The notes below the pieces were generated by a model. The model had not been told where the DNA came from, ran no database searches, and was given only the letters and a program-made list of their open reading frames with translations. This document shows positions 50,444-59,654 of a stretch of 64,000 nucleotides of DNA, piece by piece. The position numbers were made by a program, and so were the translations under genes. Every line of letters starts with the position of its first letter. Position 1 is the stretch's first letter. This DNA comes from Patescibacteria group bacterium (GTDB lineage Bacteria; Patescibacteriota; JABMPQ01; JAQVVF01): NCBI GenBank assembly GCA_028699085.1, contig JAQVVF010000004.1, forward strand, positions 2,143 to 66,142. Reading direction: 5' to 3'.

Positions 50444-51081
50444 TATTTTATACCTTTAATCTCTATTGCTTTTTCAATTGTATAATCTCCGACTCGCGTT
50501 CTTTGCAAATCAGCCAAATAACCGCCAGTTTTCAATTCTTTTCCAATATCTCGGCTTAAAGATCTGATATAAACGCCAGGCCCACAAACAACATTGATCT
50601 CAAGAATCGGCCAAGAATAATCTAGTATTTTAATATTTTTAATTTCCACTTCTCTCCCTTTCATTTCTAATTCTTGACCTTTTCTAGCATATTTATACGC
50701 CTCTTTACCTTTTATTTTTATCGCCGAATAAATTGGCGGAATCTGCATTATTTTGCCAATAAATTTTGGCAAGATTTTTTTAACATCATCTAAATTAGGG
50801 TTATTGCCTACTTCAATATTTTCTTTCTCACCTTCTTCATCATCAGTTGTACTATTTTGCCCTAATTTAATTTTCGCGATATACTCCTTTTCCTTTTTTA
50901 CTTGGTCAGCAATTTTTTTTGTTGACTCTCTACCAACTGCAATTACTAAAACTCCACTTGCCAATGGATCAAGTGTTCCTGCATGTCCAACTTTTTCACC
51001 TTTGTTTTCTCTCTTAATTATCTGGACAATATCATTTGATGTCGGGCCTTTTGGTTTATTAACTGCAAATATTCCTTTCAT
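50443..51081 (-). CDS. truB: tRNA pseudouridine(55) synthase (short form, no PUA domain)
   Basis: GHAGTLDPLASGVLVIAVG catalytic Asp motif. Confidence 0.8.
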   Translation of the reverse strand: MKGIFAVNKPKGPTSNDIVQIIKRENKGEKVGHAGTLDPLASGVLVIAVGRESTKKIADQVKKEKEYIAKIKLGQNSTTDDEEGEKENIEVGNNPNLDDVKKILPKFIGKIMQIPPIYSAIKIKGKEAYKYARKGQELEMKGREVEIKNIKILDYSWPILEINVVCGPGVYIRSLSRDIGKELKTGGYLADLQRTRVGDYTIEKAIEIKGIK

Positions 51082-51093
51082 AATTTATAGAAT

Positions 51094-54000
51094 TTAAGCT
51101 ACTTTCCTAACTTCATAACATCCATCTTTAATTTCATAACCATTAAAATTTAATGATGATTTTAATTTAACAACTTTTTCATCACTCGCCTGAGATTTTA
51201 CATAAGTATTAATTTTTTCACGATTACTCGTAGTTCCAGGTACACCAGTCACCAAAACTGATTTTAATTTTCGTCTCTTAGCAATTTTAGCCGCAGCATT
51301 ATAAACTTGCTCACAGAAACTGCTTGCCTGCAATTTATTCAAATATTCATCTCTTGGATTATTTGCCCGAACAATCAAATGACCTTCTCTCTCTATCAAA
51401 ACTACTCCGCCAATTATTTGACGCTTTTGCGGATCATTAGGATTAATCACAAATTTACAAGGCACTGCTTCTGGCCAATTTTTTAGCATTTGATCAATCC
51501 TAGTATAACAAGCTTCTGAATAATAACCACTTAATTCACCAACAAATCCACGATCTGGAATCATCGAAATTTCTTCCTGACTTCCTTCCAACGATGCTTC
51601 CATTCTCTGCATTGTTTCCACCATGTTATTCATTGTCAAAATTTTTCTCAAACGTCCAAAATCCTGAGCCGACGGCATCCAATCACCAAAATATTTTCTA
51701 GCTTCTTTTTTGGAACCTTTCAATACATGGTCTTTCAAAACATTCATTGTAATATCACGAACAAATTGAGCGCCTTCCAAATAAACTACACTATTATTTT
51801 GCATTGGCAATGGCAATTGTTCATAGCCAGAATGATTTGTCATCGCTTTATGAAATAATATTCTACGCATAAATGGCGATGTAAAATCATTCTCTTTCTT
51901 AATATTCAAACCCTCTTCACAATTCAATAGCGCTCGCAAAACATCATCCATCGAAGAACTGCTTTTTACTTTTGCCAATCCTGCTTCTAATACATCTGCT
52001 TTCTTTCTCATCGCTTTAAATCTTGCCTCATTAGCAGTTGTTAAATCCAAAGCACCTAATTCTTGCTGCCACATTTCAGCTATTTCATTCTTCATTCTAT
52101 CCAAGCCCTTTGCTTGAGTTAAATCATAAGCTCCCAAAAGATCTTGGCGAAAACGGCGATATTCTGCTACTACCTCTGGTCGTTGCAACGAATCCAAATT
52201 ATTTTTTACTCTTTCTACTTTCAAAGTCATAGTCTCATATCCAGCTGGCAGTTCTTTTATCTCGCCTTTATTTTCAGCCTCTGCAAATTGTCTATATACT
52301 GTTTCTAAATTTTTATCTGGCCTCGCCCACCTGCTTGTGTTAAACATTGTTCCAACTGCCAAAACATCATAATCAAAAGGCGTCATTTTTTCTGGAGATG
52401 GCAAATTACCGCTAATCAGATCTTCCTTGATTTGCAAAAGCCTAGTTTCCATTTCTGCAACCGAAGTCATTTTGTCTGCTATTTGCTCTGCTGGCAAAAC
52501 TTTTAATTCTCCTCTTTCCACTTTCTGCAAATTAGTAAAATACTGGTATAAACGCGGTGTCTGTTCTAAACCAAAACGCCCTACAAAAGCAGAAAAATCT
52601 GTAATTCCGCTTGCTGATAATTCGAAACCACAATCTTGATTACTTAAATAAACAAGATATGGCCGGACTTTATCATTTGCTGATCCAGTCAAAGCTTCCG
52701 GATAACGCCCTGTTACTTTTACCAATTCATCAAAAGCCTCAGGCGCTAATAACAAACGATATTGCTCTAATGAAAAAATTTGGACAACTTCTTTGGGAGT
52801 AAAAGCCATTGCATCCAGAATCTCTCGATCACTTTGATTTACAAAATCAGGATTCAATCTCGCCAAAGAATAATCAAAACCTTTACCTTTCTGCAATGAA
52901 TTAAAAACCATTACTCTAAGTTGTGTTTTACTTGGTCCGACTCCTAGTAATTCTTTAACTTTCTCAACTTCTGTTTTATTATTTTCTAAAGACGAGTAAA
53001 TCCTATCAATTTCTCCCTGCGTTAAATCCAAGTTCTTTACAATTTCTTGATCCGATAGATCCTTGAATTCTGGATTCATTCGCGCCAAAGCAAGAGCCAT
53101 TTCACCTTGCTGACTACCTAGTGATCTTATTAAACTTTCGCTCAATAATTTTTTACTAGGAGGCATTCCATATCGTTCATTCAATGTATTACAATTATTC
53201 ATTATTTTCGCCTTCTTTTCAGCCGGTAAAGTAAGTTGTTCTTGATCGTCTTGATGCTTAAGAATCAAATCACTATAAACTCCACTATAAAAATTTGCAT
53301 AAGCTAAATCAATTATTCTAGCTCTAGCTTCCTGATCCACGCCAAATTTTTCAATAAATCGATCTAATTTTTCAAAACTAAAATTATTATCTTCTACAAT
53401 ATAACGTAATCTAGCATCAATGATCTTATCAATCATGTTTCTGGAAATCCATTCTGCTTTTATCTGCCCTTTATCAACTGCTTGATACAGATAGTAATAG
53501 TCTAAAGGATCTATATATCTATGCTCTTCAGATTCTTTTTCAAGGCTTGCAACCATCTTGCCAACATAACCTTTCTGCTCATCTTCCGGCAAAGCTCCAA
53601 ATTTATCTTCAAAAAAATCCAAATTTTTTATTATCTTCTTTTCACTATATTGTTCAAACAATACTGTCTTTACATTATCAGGTATCTGATCTGGGAATTG
53701 GTCTGGATCCAGACCGGCTAAAGATTTCAAATCAACGCCATCTCTAATTACCGCTTCTGCAATTCTTAAAATATTTTCTTTTGGGTATTGCCAATGAAAC
53801 CAATGTCCAGTTTTAACTCTCTCCCTTGCCAAAACAGAAGGAGCCTTCTGGAGTAACATTTGCTCATACTCTTCTCTCATCTCATCATCATATTCTTGTT
53901 TACCATGTTTTTGTTTTGTTTCTTCATCAGCCATCATTGAAATTTGTCTAACACAAGATTGCATCAACGTTTCTCCAGTTTCAGTAAACCTTATTACTGG

Positions 54001-54621
54001 TTCATACTTCGATTTATAACCTTCTAAACCTCGATAAAAATTTACCATTCCATCAAAATTTTCAGCTTTTTTTAGCTCTAAAAATCTATTGAATAAAGAA
54101 TCATGCATCTGTCTTTGGACACCATCCCAGCTAATTCGATCAAAATCACGCTTATTTCTTCCATAATATGTTTCAATAACACTTTTTCCAAATCTAGGAA
54201 ACTTTAATTCCGAATATCTTTCAGCCCATGAAGCTTTGTCATTATAAATTTTCAAAGCCTCATCTAAATTACCACTTTTTAATAATCTTCTGATTTGTTT
54301 TACAGCACCGATATATTCTTTGGCTCGCTGTCTATTTTCAACATATTCTGATATTTTCTTTTCAAAACGACCATAAACAGTTTTTGCTTTTTCAGCAATA
54401 CCAGCTAATCTTCCTTTTGTTTTTTCATCAACAGAACTCTCATGGCTCTCAGCCACTTTTTCCGCAGATGACAAACCAGTTTCCTGGAGATTATCAACCC
54501 GCTGTCTCGCTTGTTCTAATCTCTGCTCCATTAATTTTTCAGGACTTAATTCTTGCTCCTTCTTTTTTTGTTCTTGTTGTTTTTCATGCTCCAAAATCGC
54601 AATATCTTCTTTACCAATCAT
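51094..54621 (-). CDS. Large (1175 aa) cytoplasmic protein of unknown function with internal repeats
   Basis: Long uninterrupted ORF. No signal peptide, P-loop or known catalytic motif. Internal ~37-aa repeat (LARMNPEFKDLSDQEIVKNL... and LARLNPDFVNQSDREILDAM...). GC about 35%, slightly above neighbours. Confidence 0.5.
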   Translation of the reverse strand: MIGKEDIAILEHEKQQEQKKKEQELSPEKLMEQRLEQARQRVDNLQETGLSSAEKVAESHESSVDEKTKGRLAGIAEKAKTVYGRFEKKISEYVENRQRAKEYIGAVKQIRRLLKSGNLDEALKIYNDKASWAERYSELKFPRFGKSVIETYYGRNKRDFDRISWDGVQRQMHDSLFNRFLELKKAENFDGMVNFYRGLEGYKSKYEPVIRFTETGETLMQSCVRQISMMADEETKQKHGKQEYDDEMREEYEQMLLQKAPSVLARERVKTGHWFHWQYPKENILRIAEAVIRDGVDLKSLAGLDPDQFPDQIPDNVKTVLFEQYSEKKIIKNLDFFEDKFGALPEDEQKGYVGKMVASLEKESEEHRYIDPLDYYYLYQAVDKGQIKAEWISRNMIDKIIDARLRYIVEDNNFSFEKLDRFIEKFGVDQEARARIIDLAYANFYSGVYSDLILKHQDDQEQLTLPAEKKAKIMNNCNTLNERYGMPPSKKLLSESLIRSLGSQQGEMALALARMNPEFKDLSDQEIVKNLDLTQGEIDRIYSSLENNKTEVEKVKELLGVGPSKTQLRVMVFNSLQKGKGFDYSLARLNPDFVNQSDREILDAMAFTPKEVVQIFSLEQYRLLLAPEAFDELVKVTGRYPEALTGSANDKVRPYLVYLSNQDCGFELSASGITDFSAFVGRFGLEQTPRLYQYFTNLQKVERGELKVLPAEQIADKMTSVAEMETRLLQIKEDLISGNLPSPEKMTPFDYDVLAVGTMFNTSRWARPDKNLETVYRQFAEAENKGEIKELPAGYETMTLKVERVKNNLDSLQRPEVVAEYRRFRQDLLGAYDLTQAKGLDRMKNEIAEMWQQELGALDLTTANEARFKAMRKKADVLEAGLAKVKSSSSMDDVLRALLNCEEGLNIKKENDFTSPFMRRILFHKAMTNHSGYEQLPLPMQNNSVVYLEGAQFVRDITMNVLKDHVLKGSKKEARKYFGDWMPSAQDFGRLRKILTMNNMVETMQRMEASLEGSQEEISMIPDRGFVGELSGYYSEACYTRIDQMLKNWPEAVPCKFVINPNDPQKRQIIGGVVLIEREGHLIVRANNPRDEYLNKLQASSFCEQVYNAAAKIAKRRKLKSVLVTGVPGTTSNREKINTYVKSQASDEKVVKLKSSLNFNGYEIKDGCYEVRKVA

Positions 54622-54625
54622 ATAT

Positions 54626-54799
54626 TTAATTTATTTTATTTATAATTTTTTTCTTTTTTGCCGCTATTAATTTCTTTTCAAAATCTTTAACAATTTTATT
54701 TTGTTCTTTTTTTAATTTATTCATTTCGATTAAAAATTCCTGCCAAGCTTTTTCGATTTCTTTATTCGAATTTTTATTTTCACTTATTTTTTTTGTCAT
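54626..54799 (-). CDS. Small Lys-rich ORF (57 aa), not in supplied track
   Basis: Own translation: MTKKISENKNSNKEIEKAWQEFLIEMNKLKKEQNKIVKDFEKKLIAAKKKKIINKIN. It fills the gap between the PEBP gene and the 1175-aa gene on the same strand. Confidence 0.25.
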   Translation of the reverse strand: MTKKISENKNSNKEIEKAWQEFLIEMNKLKKEQNKIVKDFEKKLIAAKKKKIINKIN

Positions 54800-54831
54800 T
54801 TTTTAATTTTTACTTTAAAACTTTATAACTC

Positions 54832-55269
54832 CTAACTTCGCTGGTATTTTCCAATTAGCTCGCATTTTTCAATCACATGTTCATTGATTGCTTGTTCAAG
54901 CTGATTAATATCAGTCCCTTCTTTTAAATTAAGCACTATATCTAAAGCGAATAATTTAAAAACATATCGATGTTCGCCAGAACCAGGACAAGGTCCTCCG
55001 TATCCAACCTCGCCAAAAGTTGTTTTTCCTAAAACAGCATTTTCTGGTATGCTATTTTCTTTTATTTCCAACAATTTTGGATTAATATTCCATACTGTCC
55101 AATGTGTCCAAGTGCCACTGGGAGAATCAGGATCATCAAAAATCAACGCTAAACTTTTTGCATTTTTTGGTACATCAAAAAATTTTAAAGGCGGATTTAC
55201 ATTTTCGCCATCACATGTATATTTAGCCGGAATACTTTCACCATTTTTAAAAATGCTTTCTATTAGCAT
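54832..55269 (-). CDS. PEBP-family protein (YbhB/YbcL-like)
   Basis: DDPDSPSGTWTHW and GYGGPCPGSGEHRYVFKLFALD motifs. Confidence 0.7.
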   Translation of the reverse strand: MLIESIFKNGESIPAKYTCDGENVNPPLKFFDVPKNAKSLALIFDDPDSPSGTWTHWTVWNINPKLLEIKENSIPENAVLGKTTFGEVGYGGPCPGSGEHRYVFKLFALDIVLNLKEGTDINQLEQAINEHVIEKCELIGKYQRS

Positions 55270-55335
55270 AAATTTAAATTATTTTTTACTTTTTACTTAT
55301 AACTTTTTACTTTTTAATTTTGACTTTTACCTTTT
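55270..55335 (-). promoter_or_regulatory. Array of seven 7-nt-periodic GTAAAAA-like heptads upstream of the PEBP gene (minus strand)
   Basis: Minus-strand read: GGTAAAA GTCAAAA TTAAAAA GTAAAAA GTTATAA GTAAAAA GTAAAAA, then ATAATTTAAATTT and the ATG. Confidence 0.4.
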
Positions 55336-55665
55336 TTAACGATTATCTCCACTTCCGTGCAATTTACCACGCTTTTTTCTAGACATTAATTTTTCCAAAT
55401 TAAATTGTGCTACGTCTTCCATTGATAATTTTAATTCTGAACAAACTGAAGCGATATACCAAAGAACATCGCCTAGCTCTTTTTTCATTTCTAATCTCTT
55501 TTCTTTATTAACCTTTCCCCCATCATCTCTAATTACTTTTTTCATTTTTTCAGCGACCTCTCCTGCTTCACCCATCAATCCTAAAGTCGGATAGACAAAA
55601 TTTTTACCTTTATCCGGATAAATTGCTGTTCTCCTTGCTTTTTTCTGATAATCATTAAAATTCAT
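55336..55665 (-). CDS. MazG-like nucleoside triphosphate pyrophosphohydrolase domain protein
   Basis: LGLMGEAGEVAEKMKK...ELGDVLWYIASV (EExxE/D motif pattern of the MazG/all-alpha NTP-PPase family). Confidence 0.6.
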   Translation of the reverse strand: MNFNDYQKKARRTAIYPDKGKNFVYPTLGLMGEAGEVAEKMKKVIRDDGGKVNKEKRLEMKKELGDVLWYIASVCSELKLSMEDVAQFNLEKLMSRKKRGKLHGSGDNR

Positions 55666-55730
55666 AAACTAAAATTAAATAATATACTTTAATTTTACCA
55701 AAAATAAGCAAAAAAAATAGACAAAATTGT

Positions 55731-56015
55731 CTATCTATGAAAGGTCTTCAAATAAATAATGTATCCGGCTAGTACGCTTCGAAAGAAATCTTTATTTAAT
55801 TGGTCATAAATTCTAACAAGTTGCTCTTGCAAAATTGGTTTTTCCTGATCAAGACAAGCATCAACTAAAAAATTGCCTAAAGATTCAAGAACTCCTTTTG
55901 CATGAAAATATTCATTAATATTTTGATATTCAGCCTTATCAAATTTTAAAGCAGTTTTTTCAAAAGATTCAAGCAATCCTTTAATCTGCATTTCGTCCCC
56001 CTTCTTGTTATTCAA
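55731..56015 (-). CDS. Hypothetical protein
   Basis: 94-aa ORF with no motif recognised. Confidence 0.3.
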   Translation of the reverse strand: MNNKKGDEMQIKGLLESFEKTALKFDKAEYQNINEYFHAKGVLESLGNFLVDACLDQEKPILQEQLVRIYDQLNKDFFRSVLAGYIIYLKTFHR

Positions 56016-56079
56016 AGAACGATATATTATACAAAAAAATCATAAAAAAGCAAGACCTTCTACCAAAAACATAAAAATA

Positions 56080-57423
56080 TTAATATTTTTCCAAATAATT
56101 GTCTTTTTCCCAGTCAGTCACCGCAATTCTAAAACTATCCCATTCTTTCATTTTAATATCATAATATTTTTTGAAAGTCGTCTCACCAAAAACATCCTGC
56201 AATAATCGATCATTTGCTAAATATCTTAATGATTCATATAGATTAGCTGGCAAAGTCTCAATTCCCCTATTTAACATCTCTTCATTAGTCATTTCATAAA
56301 CATTCTCTTCTACAGGATATGGTAGCAACATTTCATTTTCTATCCCATCAATTCCAGTAGCTAGCATTGTCGCAAAAGCTAAATATGGATTTGCGGCTGG
56401 ATCAGGACAGCGAAGTTCAGCTCGTGTCGAACTCGGCTTATTATCATTTACTCTTGGAATCCTAACCAAAGCCGAGCGATTGACTTGGCCCCAAGAAATA
56501 TAAACGGGCGCTTCATATCCCGAAACCAATCTTTTATAAGAATTCACAATTGGGTTTAAAATCGAATTCAAAGCTTTGATATGAAATAGTTGTCCAGCAA
56601 TAAATGATTTGCCTAATTCACTAATATGATAAAGTCCATTGGCATCATAAAAAGCATTTCTAGAATTAGTAAAAATACTTTGATGAACATGCATACCATT
56701 TCCAGCTAAACCAAAGAACGGTTTTGGCATGAAACTGACAAATAATCCATGCTTTCTAGCAATTTGTTTCAAGGCAATTTTGAAAGTCAATACCGAATCA
56801 GCAGTAATAATTGGATCACCATATTTAAAATCAATTTCATGTTGCCCTGATCCTACTTCATGATGCAAAGCCTCAACTTGAATTCCAAGTTTTTGAAGAG
56901 CTACAGTCATATCCTTACGCACTTCTGAATCCTCGTCAGTTGCATAATCAAAATATCCAGCATGATCATGAGGAAGCGGAATAATCTTGCCGTTCTCATC
57001 TCTTTTCAACAAATAAAATTCCAATTCCGGACCCACAAAATATTTAAAACCAAAAGCCAAAGCTTTTGCTACTTGTTTTTTTAAAATATATCTTGGATCG
57101 CTTTCGTAGGCCTCGCCATTTGGCTTATAGACATCACAAATAAATCTGGCTGTTACATTCCCATTATCAGTTGTCCAAGGTAGAATCGCAAAAGTCGATA
57201 AATCTAATTTTAAATACATATCGCTTTCGCAAATTCTCGCAAAACCTTCGATTGATGATCCATCAAACCAAATATTTTGATCAATTGCTTCTGGCAATTT
57301 TTGCATTGGAATTGTCACTGATTTTACATGACCTAATAAATCAGAAAACTGCAAATCAATAAATTTTACTTTTTCTCGCTCGCATAATGTCAATACTTCT
57401 TCTTTTGATTTTATTCTTTGCAT
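56080..57423 (-). CDS. glnA: Glutamine synthetase type I
   Basis: N-terminal beta-grasp (KFIDLQFSDLLGHVKSVTIP). Catalytic region with MHVHQS and NGMHVH-type motifs. 447 aa. Confidence 0.8.
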   Translation of the reverse strand: MQRIKSKEEVLTLCEREKVKFIDLQFSDLLGHVKSVTIPMQKLPEAIDQNIWFDGSSIEGFARICESDMYLKLDLSTFAILPWTTDNGNVTARFICDVYKPNGEAYESDPRYILKKQVAKALAFGFKYFVGPELEFYLLKRDENGKIIPLPHDHAGYFDYATDEDSEVRKDMTVALQKLGIQVEALHHEVGSGQHEIDFKYGDPIITADSVLTFKIALKQIARKHGLFVSFMPKPFFGLAGNGMHVHQSIFTNSRNAFYDANGLYHISELGKSFIAGQLFHIKALNSILNPIVNSYKRLVSGYEAPVYISWGQVNRSALVRIPRVNDNKPSSTRAELRCPDPAANPYLAFATMLATGIDGIENEMLLPYPVEENVYEMTNEEMLNRGIETLPANLYESLRYLANDRLLQDVFGETTFKKYYDIKMKEWDSFRIAVTDWEKDNYLEKY

Positions 57424-57535
57424 TTATTTTTTTGTTAATTAACAATTTATAATAACACAAAAATACAAGAAACAAAAAACAGCCTTTCAGCTGTTTTAAT
57501 TTTGTTATTTAGTTATTTTATATTTTGTTATTAGT

Positions 57536-58213
57536 TTAGCTAACTCTCTTTCCGTCTCTCATCTCAACAATTTTATTGCAATCTTTCGCTACTTCCATAT
57601 TATGAGTTACTAATAAAAAAGTTTGTTTATCTTCTCTGTTCAATTTTTTCATTAATTCAATAATTTCTAAAGATGTCTTTGTATCTAATTCACCTGTTGG
57701 CTCGTCAGCTAATATAATTGCTGGTTTGTTCATTAAAGCTCGAGCGATTGCCACTCTTTGCTGTTGTCCGCCTGATAATTCATTTGGCTTGTGATTCATT
57801 CTTGATTCTAGACCAACTAATTTTAATAATTCGATTGCTCTTTGCTTTCTTTCAGACATTTTCATTCCTCCGTATTTTCCAGCTAACATAATATTTTCCA
57901 AAGCTGATAATGCTGGAATTAAATTGAATCCTTGAAATACAAAACCAATTTTTTTAGCACGTAATTTATAAGCTTCTTTATCTTTCAAATCTGACATATC
58001 GATGCCATCAATAATTAAAGTACCTTCATCTGGTTTATCTAACAATCCAAAGATATGCATTAAAGTTGATTTACCAGATCCAGAAGGGCCAATAATTGCT
58101 GTAAATTCGCCTTCTTCGACATTCAAGTCAACTCCATTCAAAGCATGGACAATATTCGTCTTTGACATTTTATATATTTTCTTCAAGCCTTTGGCTTCAA
58201 TAACGTTTTTCAT
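57536..58213 (-). CDS. ABC transporter ATP-binding protein (MacB/LolD/FtsE-like)
   Basis: Walker A GPSGSGKST. Signature LSGGQQQRVAIARAL. Walker B ILADEPTG. Confidence 0.9.
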   Translation of the reverse strand: MKNVIEAKGLKKIYKMSKTNIVHALNGVDLNVEEGEFTAIIGPSGSGKSTLMHIFGLLDKPDEGTLIIDGIDMSDLKDKEAYKLRAKKIGFVFQGFNLIPALSALENIMLAGKYGGMKMSERKQRAIELLKLVGLESRMNHKPNELSGGQQQRVAIARALMNKPAIILADEPTGELDTKTSLEIIELMKKLNREDKQTFLLVTHNMEVAKDCNKIVEMRDGKRVS

Positions 58214-58225
58214 ATTTTTAAAAAT

Positions 58226-58253
58226 TTACTAGTTACTCGTTACTAATTACTAG
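58226..58253. repeat. Four perfect tandem heptads TTACTNN (minus strand: NNAGTAA) between the ABC permease and ATPase genes
   Basis: TTACTAG TTACTCG TTACTAA TTACTAG read directly, with a partial fifth copy AATTACA. Lies in the 42-nt intergenic gap of a minus-strand operon. Confidence 0.7.
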
Positions 58254-58255
58254 AA

Positions 58256-59557
58256 TTACATTTCTCTAATTGCTTTGATTACTTTCATCTTTGCTGCTTT
58301 AATTGCTGGCATTATGCCTGCAACAATTCCTAAAACAAAAGAGAATATTAATACTTGCAACAAAAATGTAAAATCAAGCAAAAATATTTCTGCGCCTGTT
58401 TCCGCCATTTTATTATTAAACACTACAATTAACAAAACTCCAATTCCAATACCTAATAATCCGCCTAAAGTTCCAATTACTCCAGCTTCCAAAGCATATT
58501 CTAAAGCAATAGATCTGTTAGATGCACCTAAAGATTTCTTGATTCCAATTTCTCTTGTTCTCTCTGAGATAGACATGATCATCGTATTAATAACTGAAAA
58601 ACTTCCAACCAACAAAGCTAATAATGCACCACCTAAAATCACTGCATTCATCATTGCCGAAGCTTTATCAATTTCCTCTCCCATTTTTTTAGGAGATAAT
58701 ACTATAACTTCATCTTTGAATTGATCTTTAATTCTATTCGCAACATCTTCGGAATTCACACCATCTTTCCAAGACACAGATCCCATTGTTGAAAGATCTT
58801 CCATTTTAAAAGCCTTAGCTTGCATTATTTGATCTCTTGTTGCTTTTGGTAAACTAGCTAATTCTCGAACAGAAATACTTGCAGCTTGGGCTTGCTGTTC
58901 TTTCAAAGATTTTAAGAATGGGTTTGATTCAACATATAATTCTCGAGTTGAATCCAAAGACATAAAAACATAGGAATCAGGTCCAGACATTGTTTTGTCT
59001 AAAATTCCAATAACCTTAAATTCCCTACCTCTAATTTTAACTTTGTCATCCAATTTCCATTTTTTGTCTAATGCAATTGTCGAACCAATCGCAATCACAT
59101 CATCAGGATCGCCTTCTTTAATCATTCTACCTTCTTTCATTTCCATTGTTTCCCAATTACGATTTTTAAAATCAGTTTTCAAATCCATACCTTCAATAGT
59201 AGCTGGTATGCCAAAACTCATCGAAGCTGGATCATCGGGATTTGGTTCGTCTAACGACATCTCGATTCCACCAGTTACAGCTTCCACACCTTCAACTTTA
59301 TCAATTTTGTTTAATGTATCAACTGGCAACATTGCACCCATTTGTCCCATCATGAAATCAGTACCTTTTGGTGCAATTGTTATTTGTCCTGTAATATATT
59401 TCTTTCCGCCATCAATCATCTTATTTAATTTTAATGCCATAGATCCCATTACAGTAAATGCAAAAATACCGATTGCAATACCAAAAATAGTTAATAATGT
59501 CCTAAATTTTCTCCTCCACAGATTTCTTAATATTTCTAACATATTATGTGTATACAT
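58256..59557 (-). CDS. ABC transporter permease, FtsX/MacB-type (N-terminal TM, large extracytoplasmic domain, C-terminal 3-TM FtsX domain)
   Basis: Topology and C-terminal FtsX-like segment. Paired with the upstream ATPase. Confidence 0.75.
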   Translation of the reverse strand: MYTHNMLEILRNLWRRKFRTLLTIFGIAIGIFAFTVMGSMALKLNKMIDGGKKYITGQITIAPKGTDFMMGQMGAMLPVDTLNKIDKVEGVEAVTGGIEMSLDEPNPDDPASMSFGIPATIEGMDLKTDFKNRNWETMEMKEGRMIKEGDPDDVIAIGSTIALDKKWKLDDKVKIRGREFKVIGILDKTMSGPDSYVFMSLDSTRELYVESNPFLKSLKEQQAQAASISVRELASLPKATRDQIMQAKAFKMEDLSTMGSVSWKDGVNSEDVANRIKDQFKDEVIVLSPKKMGEEIDKASAMMNAVILGGALLALLVGSFSVINTMIMSISERTREIGIKKSLGASNRSIALEYALEAGVIGTLGGLLGIGIGVLLIVVFNNKMAETGAEIFLLDFTFLLQVLIFSFVLGIVAGIMPAIKAAKMKVIKAIREM

Positions 59558-59654
59558 TAATAAATAACTTTTATAGTATAACTTACTTTAATTATAATCT
59601 CAACCTTATTTTATAACCTTTTCAAGCATCAATTAGTATATTATTATAATTAAT

